Assembly: GCA_018651725.1 (NCBI GenBank)
Contig: JABIDK010000016.1
Location: 1 to 54,584 of the forward strand
Direction of reading: 5' to 3'
Length of the DNA: 54,584 nt
Source of the DNA: Candidatus Falkowbacteria bacterium
Lineage (GTDB): Bacteria > Patescibacteriota > Patescibacteriia > JAACEG01
The notes beneath the pieces were generated by a model. The model ran no database searches. It was not told the DNA's origin and worked only from the letters and a program-made list of their open reading frames with translations. This document shows, one piece after another, positions 39,091 to 48,153 of this stretch. The stretch's first letter is position 1. Every line of letters begins with the position of its first letter. The translations under genes were made by a program, and so were the position numbers.

Positions 39091-39624
39091 TTAACGTTTT
39101 GACCATTGTGGGGCTCTTCTGGCTCTTTTTAGGCCTGGTTTTTTTCTTTCTTTTATGCGAGAGTCACGAGTTAAGAAGCCTTGTTTTCTGAGTGGTTTTC
39201 TGAAATTTGGATTGATTTCAAGTAAGGCCCTAGAGATACCGTGTCTGATGGCTTCGGCTTGTCCGATTTTTCCGCCGCCAGCTACCTTTGCCCAAATCTT
39301 TAATTTATCTCCTTGTCCGACTACTTTTAAAGGCGAAAGAATAATGTCTTGCACATCAGTGGTTGGAAAATATTCTTTAATATCTTTTTTATTAACTTCA
39401 ATTTCTCCTTCTCCTTTTTTATAAAGACGAACTTGAGCTGAAGCACTTTTTCTTCTTCCAACTGCGTAAATATACTCTTTCTTATTTTTTTTAATAGCGC
39501 CTTCTTTAGACTCTTCTGTGTCGTCTTTTTCAGCTGTTTCTTCTACTTGCTCTTTTTTTTCATCTTTAATAACCTCTTCTTCAGTTGTTGTTTCTTCTTT
39601 TTTAATTGTTTTTTCTTCCGACAT
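39091..39624 (-). CDS. rpsI: 30S ribosomal protein S9 with acidic N-terminal extension
   Basis: GRRK.A.A.V, GGG..GQAEAIR, LTRDSR.KERKK.GL..AR...QWSKR. Confidence 0.97.
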   Translation of the reverse strand: MSEEKTIKKEETTTEEEVIKDEKKEQVEETAEKDDTEESKEGAIKKNKKEYIYAVGRRKSASAQVRLYKKGEGEIEVNKKDIKEYFPTTDVQDIILSPLKVVGQGDKLKIWAKVAGGGKIGQAEAIRHGISRALLEINPNFRKPLRKQGFLTRDSRIKERKKPGLKRARRAPQWSKR

Positions 39625-39638
39625 AATTTAATATAAGT

Positions 39639-39989
39639 CTAGCTTTTAAAGCTAAGTCTTTTTATCATTTCTTTTCTTAATTTATTTTTTGGTAACATTT
39701 TATAAACCGCTTTTTTCAAAACTTCACCGGGATTTTCTTTAAAAACATCGCCCATTACTTTTTCTTTAAGCCCGCCCGGGTAACCTGAATATTTATAATA
39801 TTTTTTTTGATCCAATTTTTTTCCGGTAAATTTTAAATTCTTAATGTTTTCTATCTCCACAAAACTGCCTTTATCTTCATTATAAACAAAGTCAGGTTTA
39901 TTTTTCCCACGTAAAAGATTAACAACTTCTGTTGCTACTCTTCCAGGACTTCTATCGCTAACATCTATTTTGTAAGTTTTTCTTTCCAT
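39639..39989 (-). CDS. rplM: 50S ribosomal protein L13 (short)
   Basis: GR.A......LRGKNKP, YSGYPGGLK, AVYKMLPKNKL. Confidence 0.95.
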   Translation of the reverse strand: MERKTYKIDVSDRSPGRVATEVVNLLRGKNKPDFVYNEDKGSFVEIENIKNLKFTGKKLDQKKYYKYSGYPGGLKEKVMGDVFKENPGEVLKKAVYKMLPKNKLRKEMIKRLSFKS

Positions 39990-40001
39990 AAAATATTTAA
40001 A

Positions 40002-40349
40002 TTATACTAACTCTATTTGAACTATGTTCGCTCCGTCTCCTTGTCTTGTTCCAAGTTTTGTAATTCTTGTATAACCGCCATCTCTGTCTTTATATTTTTT
40101 TCCTAATTCAAGGGTTTTTTCAATTGCTTTTTTCTGAAGTAAATTCTTAATTAAAGTTCTTCGAGCTGTTAAATCACCTTTTTTAGAAATAGTTATCATT
40201 TTTTCAACCAACGATCTTACTGTTTTAGCTTTTGCGTCTGTTGTTTTAACTTTTTCATAAATTATAATACTGGACGCTAAATTCCTAAGCATCATTTCTC
40301 TTGGAGCCTTTTTTCTATCTAAAATTTTATTTTTATTTCTGTGTCGCAT
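40002..40349 (-). CDS. rplQ: 50S ribosomal protein L17
   Basis: MRHR, KTT.AKAK, GGYTRI, RQGD. Confidence 0.97.
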   Translation of the reverse strand: MRHRNKNKILDRKKAPREMMLRNLASSIIIYEKVKTTDAKAKTVRSLVEKMITISKKGDLTARRTLIKNLLQKKAIEKTLELGKKYKDRDGGYTRITKLGTRQGDGANIVQIELV

Positions 40350-40379
40350 ACATTCGTATCATTTAAACATTTAAACAAA

Positions 40380-41300
40380 TTATTTTGTAGATTTTTTAGT
40401 TTCTTTATCGTCGTCTTGTTTTTTCCCCGCCACTTTATCAGATTTAATGAGGGCGGGATCCCGCTTTGGCGGTGATGTTTTCTTGCTTTCTGATTTTTTT
40501 GATTCTGCCTCTTCTTTTTCGTCGTCTTGTTTTTTTACTTTTTTGCTTTTTGATTTTTTTGATTCTGCCTCTTTATCATCATCTTGTTTTTTTGTTTTCT
40601 TGCTTTCTTGTTTTTTTGAGCCCAAGCTATTATCGATAAAAGTAAACTGTTGAACTAAAATTTCAGTTGCTTCTTTTAGCGCTTCTTCGGGAGTTAAAGA
40701 TCCATCTATTTTAATATCTAGAATAATATTTTCGTAGTTAGTCATCTGCTCAACACGAGCATTTTTTATATTTAACCCAACTTTTTCTATTGGACTAAAG
40801 AAAGAATCAATAGCAATAACTCCAATCTCTTTTTCTCCTCCCCTGTCTTCGATCGGCCAATAACCTCTTCCTTTTTTAACAAATATATCCATCTTTATCT
40901 CTGATTTTTTATCTGTTAAGGTCGCAATATGAGCATCTTTACTAACGATCTCCACATCGCTTGTTGTTTTAATATCTTTGGCTGTTACTTCTTTTTTCCC
41001 TTTTATCTCTAATCTGAGCTTTACATCCTCGTCTGTATGAACCTTAAAGCGAAGTTGTTTTAAATTAAGAATAATTTCTACCACATCCTCCAAAACATTA
41101 GGCATAGTAGAAAACTCATGTTGAACGCCTTTTATTTTAACCGCGTAAACAGCTCCACCTTCCAAAGAAGAAAGAAGAACTCTTTTTAATGCGTTTCCCA
41201 AAGTTATACCATAACCGGGGTAACATGGTCCAATAGTAACTTCGTAGTTATTATCGGCTATTTCTTTAAAATCAATTTTTCGAGGAAGACTAATGCTCAT
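40380..41300 (-). CDS. rpoA: RNA polymerase alpha subunit with low-complexity tail in place of the CTD
   Basis: GYG.TLGNAL.RVLLSSL.G, HEFS, EDV.EIILNLK, GRGY, DS.FSP. Confidence 0.96.
   Translation of the reverse strand: MSISLPRKIDFKEIADNNYEVTIGPCYPGYGITLGNALKRVLLSSLEGGAVYAVKIKGVQHEFSTMPNVLEDVVEIILNLKQLRFKVHTDEDVKLRLEIKGKKEVTAKDIKTTSDVEIVSKDAHIATLTDKKSEIKMDIFVKKGRGYWPIEDRGGEKEIGVIAIDSFFSPIEKVGLNIKNARVEQMTNYENIILDIKIDGSLTPEEALKEATEILVQQFTFIDNSLGSKKQESKKTKKQDDDKEAESKKSKSKKVKKQDDEKEEAESKKSESKKTSPPKRDPALIKSDKVAGKKQDDDKETKKSTK
40425..40472 (-). repeat. 48-nt GC-rich palindromic element in frame within rpoA
   Basis: Encodes PPKRDPALIKSDKVAG; core matches intergenic copy 42960-43008 at 22/23 nt. 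Confidence 0.75.
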
Positions 41301-41333
41301 AGAAATAAAATCTATTTAAATAATAAGTTATAT

Positions 41334-41969
41334 TTAACGAGAATAAAATTCAATAATCATTTTAGTGTCAAAACCTTGATCCATTTCACTTATCGATGGG
41401 TTTGACAAAATTTTTATCTCCATTTTTTCCTTATCAAAATTAATCCAACTTGGAATTTCTTGTCCCTTTTTCCCTTTTAGCGATTCTTTCAAGTTTTTGA
41501 AAAAATTTTTATCTTTTTTTGATTCTTTAATTTTAATAATATCTCCAATACTTACTTGGCAAGACGGGATATCTGTTTTATATTTATTAAGAAAAAAATG
41601 TCCATGTCCCACTAACTGCTTGGCTTGCTTTCTGGAGCTAGCTATACCTGAGCGATAAACAACATTATCTAACCTTGCTTCCAATAAATTTATTAAATTT
41701 TCGCTAACGTTACCCTTAGAGCTAATAGCTTTTTCGTAATATTTTTTAAACACCTTTTCCAAAACACCATAGATCTTTTTGGCTTTTTGCTTTTCTCTAA
41801 GCTGTTTTCCGTATTCACTTATCTTTCTACGAGTATTTTTTATTCCATGAAGTCCCGGAGGATAGTTTCTTTTCACAATAGCACACTTCGGAGATAAACA
41901 TCTTTCTCCTTTTAGCATTAATTTCTTGCCTTCTCTTCGACAAATTTTACATTGTGGCTGTTTTAACAT
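41334..41969 (-). CDS. rpsD: 30S ribosomal protein S4
   Basis: CKICRREG, PPG.HG, SEYG.QLREKQK, LE.RLDNVVYR, IEFYSR. Confidence 0.97.
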   Translation of the reverse strand: MLKQPQCKICRREGKKLMLKGERCLSPKCAIVKRNYPPGLHGIKNTRRKISEYGKQLREKQKAKKIYGVLEKVFKKYYEKAISSKGNVSENLINLLEARLDNVVYRSGIASSRKQAKQLVGHGHFFLNKYKTDIPSCQVSIGDIIKIKESKKDKNFFKNLKESLKGKKGQEIPSWINFDKEKMEIKILSNPSISEMDQGFDTKMIIEFYSR

Positions 41970-41979
41970 AAATTTATGT

Positions 41980-42003
41980 TAGACTTATTATGCAACAAGT
42001 CTA
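41980..42003. repeat. solo terminus or scar of the copy-B MITE family
   Basis: Reverse complement TAGACTTGTTGCATAATAAG matches the copy B left TIR at 19/20. Confidence 0.7.
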
Positions 42004-42384
42004 TTAAACCCTTCTTGGTTTTCTTTGACGACATCCGTTGTGTGGAATCGGCGTCATATCTTTTATTGAAATAATATTAATTCCGTTAGCGTTCAAGGCT
42101 CTAACAGCACTATCCCTTCCCGGACCAACACCCTTTACAGTTACCTGAACATTTTTTAAACCGTAAACTTTTGATTTTTCCGCTACTGCTTTGACAATCA
42201 CTCCAGCAGCATAAGGCGTTGCCTTTTTAGGCCCCTTAAAACCGTTAACACCCGCGCTTGACCAAGCCAAAACATTACCGCTTTGATCGGTTAATGTAAC
42301 GATAGTATTATTATAACTGGCTTTAATATAAGCTCTACCGGTAGTAATCGTTTTTATTTCTTTCTTTTTTTTAGTTTTTTGCAT
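42004..42384 (-). CDS. rpsK: 30S ribosomal protein S11
   Basis: NNTIVT, WSSAG, K.TPYAA, TPIPHNGCR. Confidence 0.97.
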   Translation of the reverse strand: MQKTKKKKEIKTITTGRAYIKASYNNTIVTLTDQSGNVLAWSSAGVNGFKGPKKATPYAAGVIVKAVAEKSKVYGLKNVQVTVKGVGPGRDSAVRALNANGINIISIKDMTPIPHNGCRQRKPRRV

Positions 42385-42426
42385 CGTAATTGTATGTTAT
42401 GTGTTTTATGTTATGTGTTACATGTT

Positions 42427-42816
42427 CTATGTTTTCTGTGCAGCCATTTTTCGTCCGGATCCCATTGTTGACCTCTTATTTCCACGCAAAGTTCTGTTAT
42501 TAGTCTTTGTTCTCTGCCCTCTTGCCGGTAACCCTTTAGCATGCCTAGTCCCACGAAAACATCTGATTTCTTTGTATCTTTTTATATTAAAAGAAATATC
42601 TCTTCTTAAATCTCCTTCAACATTATATTTTTTTTCAATTATTACTCTTAATTTATTTTCATCCTCCTCGGATAAAGCATGCACTCTGATGCTTGGATCA
42701 ACACCCGCTTCTTCCAAAACTTTATTTGATAAAACTCTACCAATACCATAAATATAAGTTAAAGCTATTTCAACTCTTTTTTCTTTTGGTAAATTTATTC
42801 CAGCTATTCTCGCCAT
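42427..42816 (-). CDS. rpsM: 30S ribosomal protein S13
   Basis: [31 protein letters not shown]. Confidence 0.98.
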   Translation of the reverse strand: MARIAGINLPKEKRVEIALTYIYGIGRVLSNKVLEEAGVDPSIRVHALSEEDENKLRVIIEKKYNVEGDLRRDISFNIKRYKEIRCFRGTRHAKGLPARGQRTKTNNRTLRGNKRSTMGSGRKMAAQKT

Positions 42817-42833
42817 AAAAAATAAATATTAAA

Positions 42834-42947
42834 TTACCCTTGCCTTTGTTTGTGCTTAGGGTTTTTACAAATTATATGAACTCTTTTCTTGCGTCTTACT
42901 GACTGACAGTCTCGACACATTTTTTTAACTGAAGTTCTAACTTTCAT
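42834..42947 (-). CDS. rpmJ: 50S ribosomal protein L36 (not in the ORF track)
   Basis: Hand translation [37 protein letters not shown]. Confidence 0.97.
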   Translation of the reverse strand: MKVRTSVKKMCRDCQSVRRKKRVHIICKNPKHKQRQG

Positions 42948-42959
42948 AATCTAGTTGGT

Positions 42960-43008
42960 CCCGCTTGGCGGGATCCCGCCTTCATTAAATTAAATTTAGG
43001 TGGCTGGA
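42960..43008 (+). repeat. intergenic copy of the GC-rich palindromic element found in rpoA
   Basis: CCCGCTTGGCGGGATCCCGCCTTCATTAAAT...GTGGCTGG. Confidence 0.75.
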
Positions 43009-43019
43009 TAGTTACTAAT

Positions 43020-43262
43020 TTAGAATCTATAGGTAATTCTTCCTTTAGTTAAATCGTACGGGGTCATTTCAACCTTCACTTTATCACCCGGTAAAATTCT
43101 AATTCTAAACATTCTCATCTTTCCGGAAAGATGCGCTAAGACCATATGTCCGTTTTCAAGCTCAACCTTAAAAGTCGCCGCTGGCAACAGCTCTAAAACT
43201 GTTCCTTTGGCTTCAATAAAATTTTTGCTATCCGGAGTTTCTTTATTTTTATTTTTTCCCAT
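43020..43262 (-). CDS. infA: translation initiation factor IF-1
   Basis: [38 protein letters not shown]. Confidence 0.98.
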   Translation of the reverse strand: MGKNKNKETPDSKNFIEAKGTVLELLPAATFKVELENGHMVLAHLSGKMRMFRIRILPGDKVKVEMTPYDLTKGRITYRF

Positions 43263-43409
43263 AAAAACAAATAAAGACCTGGGCTATTTAAAAAACCCTG
43301 TCTATAAAATTAATATTAAATGAATAAAAAAAATATGTCAAGGGCTTACGCCCGTATCTGTAATACATCTTTAAAAATAATATTTTTGCCTTGTTTTTTA
43401 ACATTAAAG

Positions 43410-44330
43410 CTACTGTAAAATAGTCTGACATTCCATAATTTTACATAAATCTTCAAAAGAAGAACTTTCTGCTTTTTCGTATTGCTCTTTAGCTAACTTT
43501 TTAGACTTATCAAATTTATCAAAAATCTGACTCTTAAGTTTTTCAAGAACTTTCTCAGGTATTGTTTTACTAAGCAATTTATATTGCTCCTCCATATGCT
43601 GTTTCCTATTGTCTATAAAACCGACTTGAAAAAATAAAAAATTACGCATTCGTTTCGTATAATTATCCTTTTTTTTATTATCAATCTCATCTAATTTTTC
43701 AGACTCTATTATTTCCTTAGTTATATCGCTATTGTCTTCCCAGAAGAGTCTATGTCCTTCGGCAATAAATTTTTCACTATCACAACCTATCATACCAAGA
43801 TCTGACCAAGCTAAAATCCTATCGTCAAGTGGAGTCTCGTCTGCTAAATTTGGCTGATACAATTTATTATCCTTAAAACCAGGGACCGTTACATTTATCC
43901 CATCCATAGACTTAACTTCTTTAACGGTAAAAACATTATATTTCTTCATTTCATCCTTTGCATAATCGGCGCTTAATTGCTCATTAGTAACAATATGTCT
44001 TTTTCTTACCCCTTCATTATTTAATTCATAACCCTGAACAACATCATGAGCGCAAGCTTTCAATAAACCGATTTGCTGAGTTCGTTCATTCATGTCTCCA
44101 GATTCCACAAAAATTTTTGAAATTTCTTTATATATCTCCACTACATCTTTAGTGTGTTGTCGATCATGAAAATATCTTCTATCTGCAATTTTAAATTCTT
44201 CATCTTGCTCAGAAGAATCTTCAAAGTCTTCTTTTAACTTTTTATCTATTCCCTTTTTAATTTCATCAACTGCTTTCTTTAAAATTTCTGTGGAATTTTC
44301 TATGGAGGGAAATTCAATTAAATTATTCAT
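43410..44330 (-). CDS. HD-domain (PDEase-like) metal-dependent phosphohydrolase
   Basis: FHDRQH..DV, AHD, NEQLSA and SDLG in the order typical of HD/PDEase folds. Confidence 0.65.
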   Translation of the reverse strand: MNNLIEFPSIENSTEILKKAVDEIKKGIDKKLKEDFEDSSEQDEEFKIADRRYFHDRQHTKDVVEIYKEISKIFVESGDMNERTQQIGLLKACAHDVVQGYELNNEGVRKRHIVTNEQLSADYAKDEMKKYNVFTVKEVKSMDGINVTVPGFKDNKLYQPNLADETPLDDRILAWSDLGMIGCDSEKFIAEGHRLFWEDNSDITKEIIESEKLDEIDNKKKDNYTKRMRNFLFFQVGFIDNRKQHMEEQYKLLSKTIPEKVLEKLKSQIFDKFDKSKKLAKEQYEKAESSSFEDLCKIMECQTILQ

Positions 44331-44352
44331 AATTTATTTATATATATTATGA

Positions 44353-45630
44353 CTATCTCCACGCCTTTCCTTGTCGTACTAATAGCTTCTCTGCCTGTAA
44401 AGGTCGTGCCATTACTTCTTTTACGATCTGCTCTAAACGCATTCCTTGAGAGCCTTTTATTAAAATTAAATCTCCCTTAGAAATTCGTTCTTGTAAAAAT
44501 CGCCCGGCTTTTTCGTTGTCGGAAAAATTAAAAACTTTATCCTTACTCATGCCGGCTGAAATTGCGCTAGCGGCTATTTCACGAGACGCTTCGCCCTTGG
44601 TGATTAAAATGTCTATTCCATTCTGCGCCACGCTAAGACCAACCTGTTTATGTCCTTCTTCAGTGTAACTACCAAGCTCCAGCATATCACCCAGTACAAC
44701 GATTTTTTTTGCGTGTTCAGGTAGCTCAATTTCTTGCATAATTTCCAGAGCTGATTTAACTGAATCAGGAGAAGAGTTATAAGTATCGTCTATTATTAAA
44801 GACTGCTTAATACCCTTAATTAAATTCATTCTTCCTTTTGGTGGAGAAAACTTATTTAAAGATTCAACAATATCCAGTAAATTTATTTCGTAAATTGTGC
44901 CTATTGCTATTGCTGAAAGAACACTGTATATCTGCCCATAACCTAAAATCTTCGGCACAAAAACAGGGACAACTCTTCCCTCAAATATAACCTTAAAGGA
45001 CATTCCATTTGGTTTTCCATTCTTATAACTAATCGTAGCATCACTACATCTAACCTGAGCGCTTCCATCAAACCCAAAACTTAAAACTTTGGCTTTTGTT
45101 TTATCTCTCATTCTCCAAACAATTTCACTATCACGATTTAAAAGAGCAAAATTATTATCCTTTAAATGCTCAATTATTTTTCTCTTTTCTTTTTCAATTT
45201 TCTTTAAACTTTTAAAAAATTCAAAATGAACTTCGCTAACGCTGGTAACAACCCCGATATCGCAAGGAGCAAGTTTAACCAAATAACCAATATCCCCCAC
45301 TTTATCAGCTCCCATCTCTAAAATTAATTTCTGTGGATAACTTTTATCCTCTATTAAAATAAGTTTTAGCGCCTTTAAAAATACCTTTAACCATCCAACA
45401 GACGATTTAGCAGGGCTGCTTTCCCCAATTATGGTTAACGGCACGCCTATCTCATTGTTATAGTTTTTAATACTGGCCCTAACATTTGAGTGTTTTTCCA
45501 AAACAGCTTTCACAGCCTCCTTGGTAGATGTTTTACCAACACTGCCGGTAATACCGATGACATCTGGATCATACTTCTTAAGTATAGCCTTGGATAATAT
45601 TTTTAAAATATATTGGATAACAAATTTCAT
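44353..45630 (-). CDS. murF: UDP-MurNAc-tripeptide--D-Ala-D-Ala ligase
   Basis: GITGSVGKTSTK, NNEIGVPLT, DDTYNSSP, LGDMLELG, KGSQ. Confidence 0.95.
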   Translation of the reverse strand: MKFVIQYILKILSKAILKKYDPDVIGITGSVGKTSTKEAVKAVLEKHSNVRASIKNYNNEIGVPLTIIGESSPAKSSVGWLKVFLKALKLILIEDKSYPQKLILEMGADKVGDIGYLVKLAPCDIGVVTSVSEVHFEFFKSLKKIEKEKRKIIEHLKDNNFALLNRDSEIVWRMRDKTKAKVLSFGFDGSAQVRCSDATISYKNGKPNGMSFKVIFEGRVVPVFVPKILGYGQIYSVLSAIAIGTIYEINLLDIVESLNKFSPPKGRMNLIKGIKQSLIIDDTYNSSPDSVKSALEIMQEIELPEHAKKIVVLGDMLELGSYTEEGHKQVGLSVAQNGIDILITKGEASREIAASAISAGMSKDKVFNFSDNEKAGRFLQERISKGDLILIKGSQGMRLEQIVKEVMARPLQAEKLLVRQGKAWR

Positions 45631-45651
45631 AAATAATTTTTAAGATTTAAT

Positions 45652-45810
45652 GGGACTATTATCAAACACCAGATTAGATATAAATTTTCAGATTTTGAGG
45701 AAATTTCTCTTTAAAAAATTTTGCTTATATAGCATATAGGCCAAATTTTTTAAAGAGAAATTTACCAAAATATGGGAATTTAGAATAATTTGGTGTTTGA
45801 TAATAGTCCC
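45652..45810. mobile_element. ~160-bp MITE-like palindrome, copy C
   Basis: Perfect 20-bp TIR GGGACTATTATCAAACACCA; flanked by TTAAT on both sides; abuts the ftsI stop. Confidence 0.85.
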
Positions 45811-47670
45811 TTAATACTCCGGTTCTACTTCATAATAATTTAGCATAAATTTTGCTAATCTGCCAAAGAGCGGAGCAGCTGAACTTTCGGCCCAAATTAC
45901 GTCTTTGGGATTATCTATTCTAACTAGCATCACGAACTTCGGATTTTCTACCGGGGCAAATCCGATAAACGATCCAATTGTTTCGTCTTCCTTATATCCT
46001 CCGCCTTCTTCTTTTGGGACTTGAGCTGTTCCGGTTTTTCCTGCCACATAATACCCCTCCACTCCGGCACGTTTACCATGACCCTTTTTCACAACCGAGG
46101 CCAACATCCCGGAAACTAACGCCGATGTTTTACTTGATATAACTCTTCTTATTTCTTTTGGCTCTGTTTTATTTTCTACGTTATTTGGGGATATAATTTT
46201 TTTAACTATAAAAGGCTTCATTAACACTCCACCGTTTGCAATGGCCCCAAAAGAGCTAACGAGCTGAAGAGGGGTAGTGGAAATTCCTTGTCCAAACGAA
46301 GCCGTAGCGCTATAAATCTCTTGCTTTTTACTTAAAGCTTTTATATCTCCTCGCGACTCCGGGTTTAAATCTACACCGCTTAAACTGCCGAATCCAAAAT
46401 CTTCTACATATTTTTTAAATTTATCTTTTCCGATTTGATTTAAAATAAAAATAGTTCCGGTATTTAACGACTCCTCTAATACATTAGTCATATTCTGAAT
46501 TTCGTGTGATTTAAAGTCAGAGTTACAGATTATTTCCACTCCAACTTTGATACACCCTGCATCATAGTAAGTAGTATTAGGAGAAATTTTGCCTGCGTCA
46601 AGCCCGGCCGCCACTGTGATAGGCTTAAATATGGATCCAGGCTCATATTGAGTGGCTACTGCGGGATTGTTAAATACGCTGATATCTTCCTCTTGAAAAT
46701 AATAATTAGCATCATAATTTGGCTCGCTGCACATCGCGATAATCGCGCCGGTTACAGGATTCATAATTACCACCATTCCGCTATCGGCGTCGTGTGCTTC
46801 AACTGATTTCCTTAACTCCTCGCAGGCTTTAAACTGAATAGATCTATCTATAGTCAAAACCAAATCACTGCCAGACTCAGCCGATGTAATCTTAGAGTTA
46901 TTAGTCGAAAGAAAATATCCTAAAGCATCTTTTTTCCCACAAACTGAGCCGGGCTTTCCTCTTAAAATTTCATCAAAATAACCCTCTACTCCATAACGAC
47001 CTTTTTGGCCTTCATCACTATGACCAACGAATCCTGAAATCTGACTCAACATACTACTCTCGGGGTAGTATCTGAAATTTTCATTAACATAACCAATCCC
47101 ACGTTCCTTTAAAGCTAAAATCTCATCAAGATTTTCTTTTGAAACTTGCTTGGCAATAACTTTATAGCGAGACTTTTTATCAGCTAATTTTTCCTTTAAA
47201 TCTTTTATTTTACTCTCTAAAAACTCCTCCATCTCTTCCTCGCTATAATCATCATCGTAATCATCGTCGTCGTGTTTATCGTCGTCTTGTTTTTTTGCTT
47301 TCTTGTTTTCTTGTTTTTTTTCCTCTATCCACAAGGGCTTCAATATTTCACTTAATTTCTTTGTTAACTCAAGATAATTATCAATAATCGCCGGGTCAGC
47401 ATACACCAAAGCCAATTCATGATTAACAGCCACAGGGTACAGCTCGTCGCTGAATTTATCCTCTAAAAAAATCCGTCCTCGCTTCGGAGTGATTTTCTTA
47501 TAAATATCGTGCTGATCAGAAGATGCTTCAACAAAAAAATTACCGTTTATAACCTGGAGATTAAACAACTTCAACAATATCAAAAAATTAAACAAAAAAA
47601 TAATCGCTAGAACAATATTAAGACGATTATTTTTTTTCTTTCTTCGCGTTTTTTTATTAAAAACCATCAC
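45811..47670 (-). CDS. ftsI: class B penicillin-binding protein (FtsI-like)
   Basis: N-terminal TM, RGRI, EPGSIFK (SxxK), SLN, KTGT; dcw position. Confidence 0.92.
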   Translation of the reverse strand: MMVFNKKTRRKKKNNRLNIVLAIIFLFNFLILLKLFNLQVINGNFFVEASSDQHDIYKKITPKRGRIFLEDKFSDELYPVAVNHELALVYADPAIIDNYLELTKKLSEILKPLWIEEKKQENKKAKKQDDDKHDDDDYDDDYSEEEMEEFLESKIKDLKEKLADKKSRYKVIAKQVSKENLDEILALKERGIGYVNENFRYYPESSMLSQISGFVGHSDEGQKGRYGVEGYFDEILRGKPGSVCGKKDALGYFLSTNNSKITSAESGSDLVLTIDRSIQFKACEELRKSVEAHDADSGMVVIMNPVTGAIIAMCSEPNYDANYYFQEEDISVFNNPAVATQYEPGSIFKPITVAAGLDAGKISPNTTYYDAGCIKVGVEIICNSDFKSHEIQNMTNVLEESLNTGTIFILNQIGKDKFKKYVEDFGFGSLSGVDLNPESRGDIKALSKKQEIYSATASFGQGISTTPLQLVSSFGAIANGGVLMKPFIVKKIISPNNVENKTEPKEIRRVISSKTSALVSGMLASVVKKGHGKRAGVEGYYVAGKTGTAQVPKEEGGGYKEDETIGSFIGFAPVENPKFVMLVRIDNPKDVIWAESSAAPLFGRLAKFMLNYYEVEPEY

Positions 47671-47734
47671 TTTTAATGAGATTTTTAAAACTTTTGTGAT
47701 ATTGCAGATTATCTCAACCGTCCCAAATATCCCA

Positions 47735-48061
47735 TTATTTAGCTACTGCCACTGCTTCTTTTGTTTTTAAATATTCCATTTTTTCCACAGCTACCATTTT
47801 TAAGTCTTCCAAACGATCGTTAACGCTCGCCAAAGACTGTAATTCAGACGCCTTCAACTCCAGTGATTCTTTTGCCTCTTTCAAATTACTAATTTCCTTT
47901 TTTAAATCGTTCATCTTATAAGCTGAAGTTGATTTTTCATTTACCTGCAATAAATAAAAAACTCCTATTCCTATTAAAAAACAAATGCAAAGCATTTTAA
48001 AAAGATAATTGTTACTTTTCTTTTTTCTCCTAATATTTCTTTTTTTTCTCGTTCTTGGCAT
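47735..48061 (-). CDS. ftsL: FtsL-like cell division protein
   Basis: Basic N-terminus, single TM, coiled coil; between rsmH and ftsI. Confidence 0.7.
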   Translation of the reverse strand: MPRTRKKRNIRRKKKSNNYLFKMLCICFLIGIGVFYLLQVNEKSTSAYKMNDLKKEISNLKEAKESLELKASELQSLASVNDRLEDLKMVAVEKMEYLKTKEAVAVAK

Positions 48062-48106
48062 ATTTTTAAATATTTTACTTCCTCTCTTAACTGTATATTG
48101 TAATTA

Positions 48107-48153
48107 TCTCTGCAGCGAGGACTGTCTGAGCGAAGCGAGTTCCGCAGCAAAGA
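48107..48153. repeat. REP-like hairpin
   Basis: TCTCTGCAGCG...CGCAGCAAAGA stem with internal GAGCGAAGCGA, similar to motifs in 18362-18450. Confidence 0.5.
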
